From positions 1,856,001 through 1,920,000 of the forward strand of contig CAXXJJ010000004.1 of assembly GCA_963667015.2 (NCBI GenBank): DNA of 64,000 nucleotides, given 5' to 3'. Every line of letters begins with the position of its first letter. Position 1 is the first letter of the stretch. The position numbers and the translations under genes were made by a program. The notes beneath the pieces are model-generated. The model did no database searches and had not been told where the DNA came from. It saw nothing but the letters and a program-made list of their open reading frames with translations. Source of the DNA: Desulfatiglandales bacterium (GTDB lineage: Bacteria; Desulfobacterota; DSM-4660; Desulfatiglandales; HGW-15). Shown here in pieces: positions 20,649 through 31,626 of this stretch.

Positions 20649-20680
20649 AAAAGGCCCGGGAATCTGGTCCCGGGCCTTTT
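20649..20680. terminator. Intrinsic terminator (bidirectional form)
   Basis: aaaaggcccggga-atctgg-tcccgggcctttt just after the esterase stop. Confidence 0.75.
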
Positions 20681-20690
20681 GTTTGGATTA

Positions 20691-22193
20691 TTATTTTTCT
20701 TCCGGGGCCGGAGGAGGTGCAAACCAGTCAAATTTACTTCCCTTATACTCGGGAGTTTTAGTCATTGTAAAAAGGGCGTCATTCTCATTGGCATCAAATA
20801 CCATGAATTCAGGAGCCTCTGCTGTATAGGGTGTCCATATACCGCCATCCCTGCCGTTGGGATCGCCGAATTTAGCGAAGTTGGTCCAGTAATCCACAAT
20901 CTTATTGCTTAATGCTTTATCGCCGGCAGTGAAAGGACGCCAGCTGTGTTTGAAGGAATGAAAAACATACCACAAATCCGCTGAGTGAAAAGCGCCGTTG
21001 TCATCACCCGGCAATTGGCGGGCAAACATATAAGCATATGCGGGTTTGCTGCTTTTTTCCGCACGAAGGGCACAGAAGTTACGGATGGGCTCGGTCATAT
21101 CCATCAGGTCATTCGAAGTAAAACCGAATATATAAGGGATATCGGGGATTTCATTTGCAAGTGCAGTATCGCTGAAAGAGCCTGTCAGAAAATAATTTTC
21201 AACCACCGGCCCATAGAATAACCGTGCATTTGTAGCCTTCCCGTATTCATCTGCCATTTTTGTCAGTTCATCAAAGGAAAGCGCGCGCATCTCTTCCAGT
21301 GTAGTTTTATTGAAATGGTCCATCATTGCCTTGTTGGCAGTTTGGACTGCATCAAAAGACATCGTTGGCATGCCCCCCCCTCCGGTAGCCAGGCCGCCAC
21401 CGCTCATGCTGATGGCCTTGCGGATAAGGTCTCTGGATTTGGGAGAGGCGCACAGGGTTTGGACACTGCCCGCACCGGCGCTCTGACCGAAAACCATGAT
21501 ATTCTCAGGATCGCCGCCAAACTGTTCTATATTGTTATGGATCCATTTAAGTGCAGCGGCCTGGTCCATGACTCCATAATTGCCTGAAACACCGTGAGGG
21601 CTTTCAGACGATAAAAGCGGGTGGGAGAAAAATCCGATAACGCCCAGACGATAGGTGACCGAAACCAGGATAACTCCACGTGAAGCCCAGTCTTCACCGC
21701 CGTCCATTTCCGGTTCAAAGGCAAATCCCTCACGATAACCACCTCCGTGTATCCACATGGCAACAGGCAGTTTCTTATCCGTCTGCCCCGCTGCGGGAGT
21801 CCAGACATTCAGATAGAGGCAGTCCTCGCTGAAAGGTACTGAACCGCTTGCCTGCCACTCCTTGCCGTAAAAACTTTCGGGGTCCCATGTAACCTGCGAG
21901 GCCGCATCACCGTATGTATCTGCAACCTTTACGCTCTCCCATGGGACAACAGGCTGCGGTTCTTTCCATCGCAGATTCCCCACCGGAGGTGCTGCAAAGG
22001 GAATTCCCTTATAGGCAATAATTCCCTTTGTCGGGGTTTCCACACCCACAACCTGACCGCCTTCAATGTTCAATACGGGGTTGGGGCTGGAGTCCGAAAC
22101 GGGATTGGAGTTCGACTCAGGTTCGGGTTTACTGCATGAGACCAATGCCAGGAATACGAATGCCAACAGTAGAAAAAGTAATTTTTTCATCAT
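20691..22193 (-). CDS. Type-B carboxylesterase, lipoprotein
   Basis: Lipobox LVSC; SEDCLYLNVWTP, HGGG, GQSAG, FHSADL. Confidence 0.92.
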   Translation of the reverse strand: MMKKLLFLLLAFVFLALVSCSKPEPESNSNPVSDSSPNPVLNIEGGQVVGVETPTKGIIAYKGIPFAAPPVGNLRWKEPQPVVPWESVKVADTYGDAASQVTWDPESFYGKEWQASGSVPFSEDCLYLNVWTPAAGQTDKKLPVAMWIHGGGYREGFAFEPEMDGGEDWASRGVILVSVTYRLGVIGFFSHPLLSSESPHGVSGNYGVMDQAAALKWIHNNIEQFGGDPENIMVFGQSAGAGSVQTLCASPKSRDLIRKAISMSGGGLATGGGGMPTMSFDAVQTANKAMMDHFNKTTLEEMRALSFDELTKMADEYGKATNARLFYGPVVENYFLTGSFSDTALANEIPDIPYIFGFTSNDLMDMTEPIRNFCALRAEKSSKPAYAYMFARQLPGDDNGAFHSADLWYVFHSFKHSWRPFTAGDKALSNKIVDYWTNFAKFGDPNGRDGGIWTPYTAEAPEFMVFDANENDALFTMTKTPEYKGSKFDWFAPPPAPEEK

Positions 22194-22424
22194 AATCTAA
22201 TCTCCTGAATTTGAATAAGATAAGCAGTTTTGTATACATATGTACTAAAGAAAAATATTTATTTCAAATAGTATATTCCACTGAAAATATTATGTTGCGA
22301 TTAAAAAACAGGTTCCGCATGTTTCAATCGTAAATGAGGATATTTTTTTAATTTCAATTGATAATTAAGGCGGGAATCCATTTTGTATTCTTCCGTCTTT
22401 ATTTGTCCTTCATTTATTAAAGGT

Positions 22425-22452
22425 CTGTCAAAGACAAAGAGTCAGGACCCTG
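22425..22452 (-). repeat. Half element of the GGGTC..TTGACA family
   Basis: Minus strand cagggtcctgactctttgtctttgacag. Confidence 0.4.
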
Positions 22453-22538
22453 TTGTTTTTTGTGGAATAAGGCTAATCCCGAGGCCTCACAATTCAGGCG
22501 ATGGGGCAACCCGCAATGGGCTTTTGCCCCTAAACTAT

Positions 22539-23051
22539 TCAGTTGATCAGGCTATAATATATACTGAGTGTAACAATATAAATAATTCCCCCGATTGCAC
22601 ACACCCCAAAGGCACGGGCTGTGCTTCTGTAATCAAGTGCCTGTCTAACGGCTATGATCATTGTTATAAACATCCAGATACTGGCTGCTGTAGTAGAAAT
22701 CCAGCCCAGTCCGGGAATTATACCCAGGATTCTTATCAGACCCGGTGAACTGGCAAAGCCTAAAGTTCTAAGTAACTCCCCATAATCAGCTTCCGTATGC
22801 CGTTCGGGTAAAATTTTCGTACCTATGATAAAAATAAGGTATGACCAGATCAACCATCCAATAAGTGCTGCAATGATCCCTGACAGCAGGGCTATTCCTC
22901 CTGCCCTGGCAGCACCAATACCGGTTGCGGCACTTGACAGGGTAATTACCATCACAGACTGCAATGTGGCAGTTTTATCAGCCTCGACTTCTTCATACAG
23001 GCTGACATCCAGTTTTGCAGACCTGATCATCCTTTCAACAAAAGGATTCAT
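22539..23051 (-). CDS. YIP1 family membrane protein
   Basis: LYEEVEAD, LLRTLGFASSPG, AVRQALDY. Confidence 0.8.
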   Translation of the reverse strand: MNPFVERMIRSAKLDVSLYEEVEADKTATLQSVMVITLSSAATGIGAARAGGIALLSGIIAALIGWLIWSYLIFIIGTKILPERHTEADYGELLRTLGFASSPGLIRILGIIPGLGWISTTAASIWMFITMIIAVRQALDYRSTARAFGVCAIGGIIYIVTLSIYYSLIN

Positions 23052-23164
23052 AATCTCCTTCTTAATTTAAAATTAACCCATTATTCAACTTTCACTTATA
23101 TTTAGCATGCATATTTACTGATATCCGGGACCTCTTTAGTGGAAAATGAAAAGACAGGCAAACC

Positions 23165-25189
23165 TTATTTTTTTTCCAACTCTTCTTTTACCGCAATTCC
23201 AAGGTTCTTTATTGTTACCGGTTTTTTTATTAACGCCCCTGCCCCCAATCCCTGGGCTCTCTTAACTTCATCAGTCGCCGCATATCCACTGATAAGAGCT
23301 GCCTTCTGGTGAGGATGTATTTTTATTATCCTCTCAAAAGTCTCGAGGCCATTTATTCCCGGATCCATAAGCATATCAAGTAAAACCAGATCAACAGCGG
23401 TATGTTTCAGATACTCAACGGCTTCCTCACCGCTTGCAGCAGTATGTACACGGTATCCTAATTTTTCCAATATCTGACCACAGATGTGTCTCTGACCCTC
23501 AACATCATCGACAATGAGGATTTTTTGCCCATTTCCTTTTATGTCCTCAATTGTTATTTCCAAATCCTGGGTTGACAGCGCTTCTCTTGAGGCCGGGAAA
23601 TACAGCTCAAAAGTCGTACCCTTTTTTTCGCTTTCTACATTTACATATCCGTTATGTTCCCGCATAACATTCCATACAACAGCCAGCCCTAATCCCGTCC
23701 CGCTCCTGCCCATTACTTTTTTTGTAAAGAAAGGTTCAAAAATCCGTTTAAGATCTTCGGTTGATATACCTACACCCTCATCAGCTACGGATAAAACAAT
23801 GTATTCACCGGGTTTTATTTCCGGGTTTTCCTTTAATGGAGCTTCCAGAAAACAGTTTTTAGTTGATATTGTTATATTCCCTTCATCCTCAATGGCTTCA
23901 GATGCGTTTGATACAAGGTTCATAAGTGCTTTTCTTAAATGTATATATGACCCTTTTACATTTAGCAATGAATTGTCCAGGCAGGTATTGATTGCAACTC
24001 CGGGATGATACTGCTGCAGTTTTTCACACTCGGGAGATCTTAAATAATCATAGACTAAATTATTTATGTCCATATTACTTTTTTCAGTGGCTACTCCCCT
24101 GGCAATTGTGAGCAGGTCCTGGACTATGGCTGTCGCCCGGTCTCCGGCCTCTTTTATAGTTTCCAGCGGCATTTTCAGTTTGCTGTCCGCCGGCAGTCCG
24201 GATAAAAGCAGATCGGGATAGCTGACAATTCCTGCAAGGACATTGTTCAGATCATGTGCTACTCCTCCTGCCAGAAGTCCCAGAGACTCCATTGTCTGTG
24301 AACGATGGAGTTTTTCCTGAAGAACTATATTTTCCTGCTCTGCTTTTTTACGCTCGGAGATATCAATCCACATTGCCAATATATAACTTAGCTCTCCATT
24401 TTGATATATGGGCATTGTGTTTACTTCAACCCAGGAGTATTCGCCATTCTTTTTTCTATAACGTCTCTCAGCCCTGATACTGCTTTTCAGAATAATTTTC
24501 TTCGTTTCTTCAACCGAATCGTAATTCGGGTCATCAACCCACCAGGGATACGGGATTTTAACACCATGCGCCTCTTCTTTCGTAAAACCGGTGAGTTTTT
24601 CAAATAATGAATTTACATACATTATCGAAGTGTTAGGATCGGATACCAGTATCGCAATAGGGGCCTTTTCAAGAAGATTTGAACTGAATGAGTTAGCCTC
24701 TTCCAATGCCTTCTTAACCTTCTTGTGCTCTGTTATATTTCTTGTGATTTCAGTAAAGCCTGTTACCTTATCCCCTTCTTTTACCGGACAGAATATTGTT
24801 TCAAAATATCCCTCGCGTTCATCATCATTAAATTCGGCTGTAAATTTCTCTCCATTTATTGCTCTCTTCTGAAGTGATTCCCAGTATCCTCTGGCTTTGG
24901 CTTTGTCAGATATTTCAAAAGGCTGCACACCAGGTTCCATTTTTATGCCCAACAGGTTTTCGACTACTGTCTTATAACTCGAATTAAAAGCCCGTGGTAT
25001 TCCGTTGCTGTCACAAATCAAAATATAATCTTCGGTATTCTGCATTAAGACATCAAAGTATTTTTTGATCTCCTTCAGCTCATTATTTTCTTTAAGCAGT
25101 CCGGATTCAGTTTCATGTAATATTTCAATAGTTTTTTTAAGAGATGTGATTTCTTCTTCCAGTTTTTTCAGATCAGTTTTTTCAGACAT
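23165..25189 (-). CDS. PAS-PAS hybrid sensor histidine kinase/receiver
   Basis: GGVAHDLNN H-box, NLVSNA, DEGVG, FEPFFT, GTGLGL, receiver ILIVDD..LLDM..KP. Confidence 0.93.
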   Translation of the reverse strand: MSEKTDLKKLEEEITSLKKTIEILHETESGLLKENNELKEIKKYFDVLMQNTEDYILICDSNGIPRAFNSSYKTVVENLLGIKMEPGVQPFEISDKAKARGYWESLQKRAINGEKFTAEFNDDEREGYFETIFCPVKEGDKVTGFTEITRNITEHKKVKKALEEANSFSSNLLEKAPIAILVSDPNTSIMYVNSLFEKLTGFTKEEAHGVKIPYPWWVDDPNYDSVEETKKIILKSSIRAERRYRKKNGEYSWVEVNTMPIYQNGELSYILAMWIDISERKKAEQENIVLQEKLHRSQTMESLGLLAGGVAHDLNNVLAGIVSYPDLLLSGLPADSKLKMPLETIKEAGDRATAIVQDLLTIARGVATEKSNMDINNLVYDYLRSPECEKLQQYHPGVAINTCLDNSLLNVKGSYIHLRKALMNLVSNASEAIEDEGNITISTKNCFLEAPLKENPEIKPGEYIVLSVADEGVGISTEDLKRIFEPFFTKKVMGRSGTGLGLAVVWNVMREHNGYVNVESEKKGTTFELYFPASREALSTQDLEITIEDIKGNGQKILIVDDVEGQRHICGQILEKLGYRVHTAASGEEAVEYLKHTAVDLVLLDMLMDPGINGLETFERIIKIHPHQKAALISGYAATDEVKRAQGLGAGALIKKPVTIKNLGIAVKEELEKK

Positions 25190-25519
25190 TAAGCTGCTCC
25201 GCTTGAGAGTTGAAAATAATGAAGAAAATTTTAACTACTTGTAAAACATTTTTCTTTACAGGTAAAGAACCATGTTTTGCTTTTATTACATATGTGTATT
25301 CTTACCTTTATTTATTATATTACATAAATCAGGAAGATTGACTTATAAGTAAAAATGTATTTTTTTTAACATGACGTTCCACTGAAGGATATACCCATGG
25401 CTATCGTAATCTGATTAAAAACCTGAGCATGTATCTTATATCGGATTGAGAATAACAAACCTTGAATCTTTTTATTTTCCTCACGCTGTAAGATGGACCA
25501 CCCTTTAACGCAACAAAAA

Positions 25520-25556
25520 AACCTTTATCCGGATCAGTCATCCGGACAAAGGCCTT
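25520..25556 (-). terminator. Intrinsic terminator after the HU gene
   Basis: cctttatccggat..atccggacaaagg stem with an A-run on + (U-tract on -). Confidence 0.6.
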
Positions 25557-25578
25557 TAATAAAATCTTTAAACCGATA

Positions 25579-25848
25579 CTAGTTTACAGCATCCTTTAAA
25601 GCCTTACCCGCCACAAACTTTGGTGAATTCTTGGCCTTTATCTTGATCTCTTCACCAGTCTGAGGGTTGCGGCCTTTACGAGCCTTCATCTTGGTTACCT
25701 TAAAGGTCCCGAAACCAACCAGTGTAACAGTACCCTTCTTTTTGAGGGTTTTGGTGATTGTATCGAAAATACAATCTACAACAGCCTGAGCCTCTTTCTT
25801 TGTGCTCACAGTCTTTGCCACTTCGTTTATTAAATCGCCTTTATTCAT
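25579..25848 (-). CDS. hup: HU family DNA-binding protein
   Basis: MNKGDLI...LVGFGTF...ARKGRNPQTGEEIKIKA..PKF.AGKALKDAVN. Confidence 0.95.
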   Translation of the reverse strand: MNKGDLINEVAKTVSTKKEAQAVVDCIFDTITKTLKKKGTVTLVGFGTFKVTKMKARKGRNPQTGEEIKIKAKNSPKFVAGKALKDAVN

Positions 25849-25996
25849 TTTCTTGTCTCCTTGAAAAATTGTTAGTAAAGCTGACGCGGCATTATGGATA
25901 TTTACAAATAAAATTCAAGCATAAACTGAAGTCCAGTTTATTTTTCTGCCCGGCTCTATAACAAAAACAGCGTCTTTTTAATAAATATAATTTTTT

Positions 25997-26605
25997 TCAG
26001 AACCCCAATTCCTTATTTACAATGCGGGAGCAGACGTCATAGGCCAGGGCCAGAACAATATCGGGAGCAAGGAGGCCGGCAATGGATTTATCAAAAAGCA
26101 TTTTTGATTCAGGCGGAAAGTCTTCATCTCCATCCCAGAACAAAACAGCAACAGGAATACGGGGTGTTATATTGAACCTGTATGATGCATCAGCCATATC
26201 AAGCGGAATACCCTGAAGCTCTTCGCATTTTCTTTTAAAGCCCTCAATGTCATTACCGTATTTGTCAGAAATCAAAGAGGTTGGTATTTCGTGCGAAACA
26301 TTAAAGAACAGGTCGCCCCCTGGAATCTGTTTTTCAGAAATCCATTCGTTTTGAATTTCAGATTCCTTTGAATGTAAAAGGTAATGCACAATGAAAAAAT
26401 TTAATATATCACCGGGTGCAGGCATGTTATTCGTAACGCGTTTGACTGCATGTTCATGAGGCGATATCAGGTAGTCATCACCCCATATGGTAACAGTGTA
26501 AACGCATTTATCTGCGTCATAGGAACACAGGGCTCCACTGCATACATCTACGGGGTTTTTATCACCCAATTCCCGGAAAAACTGCGGATCAATCTCCATT
26601 GACAT
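25997..26605 (-). CDS. DUF3786 domain protein
   Basis: EWISEKQIPGG..FF, PRIPV...FWDGDEDFPPE..MLFD. Confidence 0.8.
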   Translation of the reverse strand: MSMEIDPQFFRELGDKNPVDVCSGALCSYDADKCVYTVTIWGDDYLISPHEHAVKRVTNNMPAPGDILNFFIVHYLLHSKESEIQNEWISEKQIPGGDLFFNVSHEIPTSLISDKYGNDIEGFKRKCEELQGIPLDMADASYRFNITPRIPVAVLFWDGDEDFPPESKMLFDKSIAGLLAPDIVLALAYDVCSRIVNKELGF

Positions 26606-26609
26606 GTTT

Positions 26610-27032
26610 TTATTCCTCTTCCACTGGTTTCTTAAGGTATCCCATAATCCCGTATACTGCTAATAAGAGGCAGGCGATATTCAGGACCCAACCAACAGGA
26701 ACAAGCCATGTGAAGGTTTCCTGGAGCAAATCCGGAGTTGAGCCAGACATCACTTTCTCCACACCTACTTTCATAACCAGGAGAATGCCCATAACGATTC
26801 CATAAATTACCGTTAATAAATAATACCCCGACAGGAACAGGAATACCTTGCGCGGCCTGAATCTGCCCATACACGCAAGTATGAAGGCTGCAATACTTAG
26901 AATGATAATAACGATACCTGTGACACCGGTTATTATCTGGACAAAAGAGGTCCCTGGAGTAACAGCATCAGCAAGCACCAGGACAGCATTAATACTAAAG
27001 ATGATGATATAGATCCAACCGAATATTCTCAT
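26610..27032 (-). CDS. Hypothetical membrane protein
   Basis: 140 aa with four hydrophobic segments. Confidence 0.6.
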   Translation of the reverse strand: MRIFGWIYIIIFSINAVLVLADAVTPGTSFVQIITGVTGIVIIILSIAAFILACMGRFRPRKVFLFLSGYYLLTVIYGIVMGILLVMKVGVEKVMSGSTPDLLQETFTWLVPVGWVLNIACLLLAVYGIMGYLKKPVEEE

Positions 27033-27114
27033 AATTTTCCCTTTCGTTTATTGAATTAACCAGTTAGAAGTCTTTTTTATACTATGGCAAGTTAACCTTT
27101 GCCTCATCGTCAAT

Positions 27115-27250
27115 TTACTGCCGCAGAATCTTATCCATCGATTTTCCTTTTGCGAGGTCATCAATAAATTTATCCAAATAGCGTATTTTCAGCATCAGAG
27201 GATCTTCGATCTTTTCTAAGCGGATAACGCACACTAACCCCTTGATAATA
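27115..27250 (-). pseudogene. DUF2200 family C-terminal fragment
   Basis: Manual translation [44 protein letters not shown]; no N-terminal half. Confidence 0.65.
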
Positions 27251-27336
27251 CAACATCATGAAAATTAATAATTTTTAGTCAACCCTGTTTTTGGGCCATT
27301 TATCTTTAGGGAACAATCCTATAGTCTCCCTATACT

Positions 27337-27489
27337 TACACTAGTGCCCATCCATAAACGGCCCTTTTTGAATGGACACGGTCAGCTGTCAGCAAAATGC
27401 CTTTAAAACGGGGGTTTAGCTGATGGCTGATAGCTGAATGCTGAAAGCTCCATCCGGATTTTTGTTATTTCTGGATGGACACTACACTA
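27337..27489. mobile_element. MITE-like element (27344-27482) with 7-bp target-site duplication
   Basis: TACACTA | GTGCCCATCCA ... TGGATGGACAC | TACACTA. Confidence 0.65.
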
Positions 27490-27653
27490 GCTTTTTGCCA
27501 GGCCTGCATGTTTAAAATCATACCTAAATACCGGGCTGACACACCGGTGCCCCAACAAAGGATATAGGTCATTAACTGGAAAATAAGGTAGCTGCCTTTA
27601 CGCAATAAGTCTTTAAAGAAACTTTATTCAAATATTTTATCAGAAATTTTGGT

Positions 27654-30600
27654 TCATCCGGATATCTTGCCTATTAAATAATTTTCATAGGCGGCTCTCA
27701 CCCTCTTAAGGCATTTATCAAGCCTGTCCAGCAATTCTTCGCCATCAGCATCTGCGCCGAGCATTCTCTTTGCCAGGGTATTTATTTCGTCTTTATTTAC
27801 AGGAAGGGTGTGGGTTTGCCTGTCCTCAAGAATCTGGAGGTAATGTTCTATTCTTCTCAGGAAAATATAATCCTGTTTTATTATCTTTGCCGATTCATAG
27901 GGAATGATATCGGCTTCAATCATTGACTCCAGTGCGAGCATGGTGTTTCCCTGTATCTGAAGACCCTTTTCGCTGGAATAAAGCAACTGAAGACCCTGTA
28001 CCATAAATTCTACATCTCTTATTCCCCCCAGACCTGATTTGACATCAATACCGCTTGAAAGACCATGTGAAATATTTTTAATGGCCTTTTTCCTCATCTT
28101 CTCTATTTCAGCACTGACAACATTCCTCTCCCATGGCTTGAGGATAAAGGATTTAATGTTTTCGAGGAAATCGTATCCCAGTCTCAGATTTCCGGCAATA
28201 GGTCTCATTTTAATGGCTGCCTGGATCTCCCAGAAAAGTGCTGAATGACTGTAGTACTCAATAATGGATGGCATTGACTGTACTATTTCGCCTGAACTTC
28301 CAAAAGGGCGCAGTCTCAGATCAACCCTGTAGGCGTATCCCTCTTCGGTATGTGATGAAAGACCGGATCGGACATCCTCAAGAATCCGGCCGGCAATTTC
28401 TTTTCTTTTATTTGACCTGGCGCCATCCGGCTGGAATATTCCGATAAGATCAATATCAGAACTGTAATTAAGTTCATTGCCGCCCAGTTTACCAAAGGCA
28501 ATAATAGAAAAATATTCATGAGGAGAAAGTGTTTCAGCACTACACTCCTTAAAATTGTCTTTCACCGACTGCTCAAATACTGCCTGGGTGCATGCCTCGG
28601 CAAGTATGGACAACTCATGCATAATAATGCGGGTGGAAATACCCATGTATATATCCCTTGTACCTATCCTCAGTATTTCACGCCTCCTGAATCTTCTGAG
28701 CTTATTAAGCCAGTCCCTCTTTCCACGGCAGCTGTCTGCAGCCTTTCTTAACTCATTTTCCAGATCTTCCCGCCTCCGCGTGGAGTTAAGAAGTTCGGGA
28801 TTGATCAGCCAGTCAAAAAATCCGGGATATCGTATAAGTGTATCCGATAAAAACTGACTGTTTGAAAAGATAGCCAGTAATATCTCAAGATGCATGGGAT
28901 GGGACAGCAGGACATTATAATGGAATTCAGGACTCGCAAGGGACCGTATATAGCGTTCCCAGTTATTAAGCGCCATATCCGGATCGGGCGATCTCTTTAT
29001 AATATCCCATGCCATGACAGCAAGCCGCCCGAAGGCTTCTCTCCGGCTCCCTCCCAGACCGGCCAGACCCTGTAAATTTGTATAGGCCCTTGCTGTATCT
29101 TTTATGCCGCTGTCTGATAATATTCGGTCTCTTATCTCAGGAGGCAGGCTGTCAGAAAGTATTACATCGGCGATTGTCCCGGTATCAGTACCCGGGAGAG
29201 AATCAAGCCCGAAATATTTTTCTGCAAAGACCCTGACTCCCGCCATATGAGTTTCAAGATCAATGTATAGCTGCTGTGCCGGGGTTATTGCCCCGCCGAT
29301 TCTATATCCCATCCTGCGGGCAAGATGTTCAAACTCGCTTGTATCCGTTTCCGGCAGAAAAAGATCAATTGCTGAGCCCCTGAGCATCCTGAGGCCGTTT
29401 ATCAGTTCACGTAAAAACCTGTATGCCTCGGCAAGACGGTCATGAATTTCATATGTCATGTAACCGTTTTCCTTAAGGGCCTTAAGTGCTGCATGGATGC
29501 TGTGGGTCCTGATATCTTTTACATCCTTTCCGTACATGACCTGCAGGGTCTGAACTCCATATTCAAGGTCCACAATCCTCCGGGACTGTACTTTGCGTTT
29601 ATCTTTCCACTGACAGTCCTTTCTTTGCACTGCCGCTCCCGCATTTCCCTGACAGCCTTGATATCAATGATGTTTGAAAAATAGACTACCTCGTCGCGAA
29701 TACTTTCGAGACGGCTTCCCAGATCTTTATCTCCTCCTATGCATCGCATCCTTACAAGTGCAAGGATTTCAATTGAATGGGCCTGGCCTCCCCCGCTGTA
29801 GTACTGGCTGAAGTTTTCCAGGCTGCATGCCAGAGGACCAGAATTCCCATGTGGGCGCAGACGTAAATCAATCTGGAAGATACCTTCACGCTTGGCCTCA
29901 ACAAACTGGTATATACCCTTTACCATCAGGTTAAAAAACTCGGCATTTGTTATTGATTTTTCCCCATCCGTTTTGCCTTTTTCCTCATATATAAATATAA
30001 GTTCAAGGTCCGAGGCATAACCAATTGCCTCGCCCCCCAGTTTCCCCAGGCCCATGATACTGTATTTTACATCAAGGCCCGAGTCGTTCTTCGGTCTTCC
30101 ATATTGAGCAATCAGATCATCATATATAATATCGGCGGTCCTGTTTATAATCAGCTCAGCAAGGCCCGTAAGCCTTCTGGCAAGAAACCTGAAATCAAGC
30201 TCGGACTCCAGTATATGATCCAGGTCAATAAGAAATGTTTCCTGGTCCTTGAACCGGTTGATTATCTTTTTGCGTTCATCAATGCTGTCAGCATCTTTAA
30301 GTTCCAGGCTTAACCTTTCAGCCATGTCGTCAACTGAATCACTCAGCCTTGTCTTTTTATCTGCGCTGTCAAATACAGTAAGGAGAGACTCGTATTGAAG
30401 CCTTATAAAATCTTCCCATAAAAAATCGCTGGCCCCCAGAAGCCTTGCAAGATCCTTAAGATTTCCGGGGTCTGTCAGATGCCTTAACCATTCGTCCCGA
30501 AAGGGCTGTCTCACGATATCTTTTATAATAACCTCAAACCTGGAAAGGGCCGCATATGGGTCAGGTGCTGTGGCAAGAAAATATGTAAACTGTTTTGTAA

Positions 30601-31441
30601 GTAATACCGAAAATTTTATTCTCTCAATTGTCTCACGATCTTCAATCTTCTTTCCCTTTGAATCGGTAAGATCAAGCCTGTCTTCCACACGCCCATGGAA
30701 TGTGCGTATCCTGACATGTTCGATCTGTATATTATTAAGGGCAAGGGCATTTGAAAGTGCGTACATAAATGCCGGGGTATCCTGAGACACAACCCTGAGC
30801 CGTGTAAATGGTCCGGCATTATTATCAACTCTCATCTCAACAGGGTACAGTACAGGTTCGGATTCTTTATCCATACGCCCCAGATGACGAACAACCATTT
30901 CATTGACCCTGTTTTTTGCCATCAGTACTGAATCATCACTACCCTCTTCAAGAAAGCTGACTATTGATCTCAGACTATCAATAAAAAGCTGTTTCCAATC
31001 CTCAAAGGATGCCGAACTGATCAGATAACCGGAAAAAAAATCAACAATCTTTCTTCTGTCTGTATGGTCGATAGATACGGAAAACTTCCTTCTTTTTCCA
31101 GCTGTTTTCTTTGTTTCTCTGCTCCTTCTTTCATAGGTGAATACATCACCTGATACAATATTGAGCCCGGTTCCGGAGAGCAATCCGGCTATAAGTGAAA
31201 ACTCTGATGGATAGTCAAAGGCAGTTACAGTACACTCTATATTTCCATCCCGCGTCTTGATAATTCTTGCATCAACAGGATTGGATTGAGAGAGAGTAGA
31301 AATTGACTTAATGTGGTTAATGACATCTTCTATATTAAATTTTTTGAAATAAACCTCTCCAAGACGATCAAAATGTCCTCTAATTATTTTTTCGTCTATT
31401 CCTGGAAGTTCGGTGATTAATGAATCGAGTTCAGGTTTCAT
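27654..31441 (-). pseudogene. glnE: Glutamine synthetase adenylyltransferase with N-terminal ACT domains, split by a 1-bp frameshift near 29575
   Basis: Two NT motifs (GKLGG..YASDLE, GKLGG..YSSDID), DLRLRP twice; KYSPGG(L) continues as VDLEYGVQ in another frame; span is 3788 bp = 3n+2. Confidence 0.85.
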
Positions 31442-31507
31442 GGTGTCCTATGTTTTTTACACCTTTATACCACAGATTTTTTTTATATTCAGCGAAAAGA
31501 AAAAATA

Positions 31508-31538
31508 AAAACCTCCAAAGGAGACCTTTGGAGGTTTT
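31508..31538. terminator. Intrinsic terminator after glnA
   Basis: aaaacctccaaagg-aga-cctttggaggtttt. Confidence 0.8.
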
Positions 31539-31626
31539 CAGTCTAAACCAGGCAGTATATGGGTTAGAAATAAATTATTTAATTTGTTGTTATCAGGGAC
31601 AGTTTACCTGCCCCTGACTGTAGAGA

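Noticed and set aside
22455..22532. Possible riboswitch
   Set aside because: Only a REP-like ggggcaa...ttgcccc palindrome directly after the YIP1 stop; no aptamer consensus recognised
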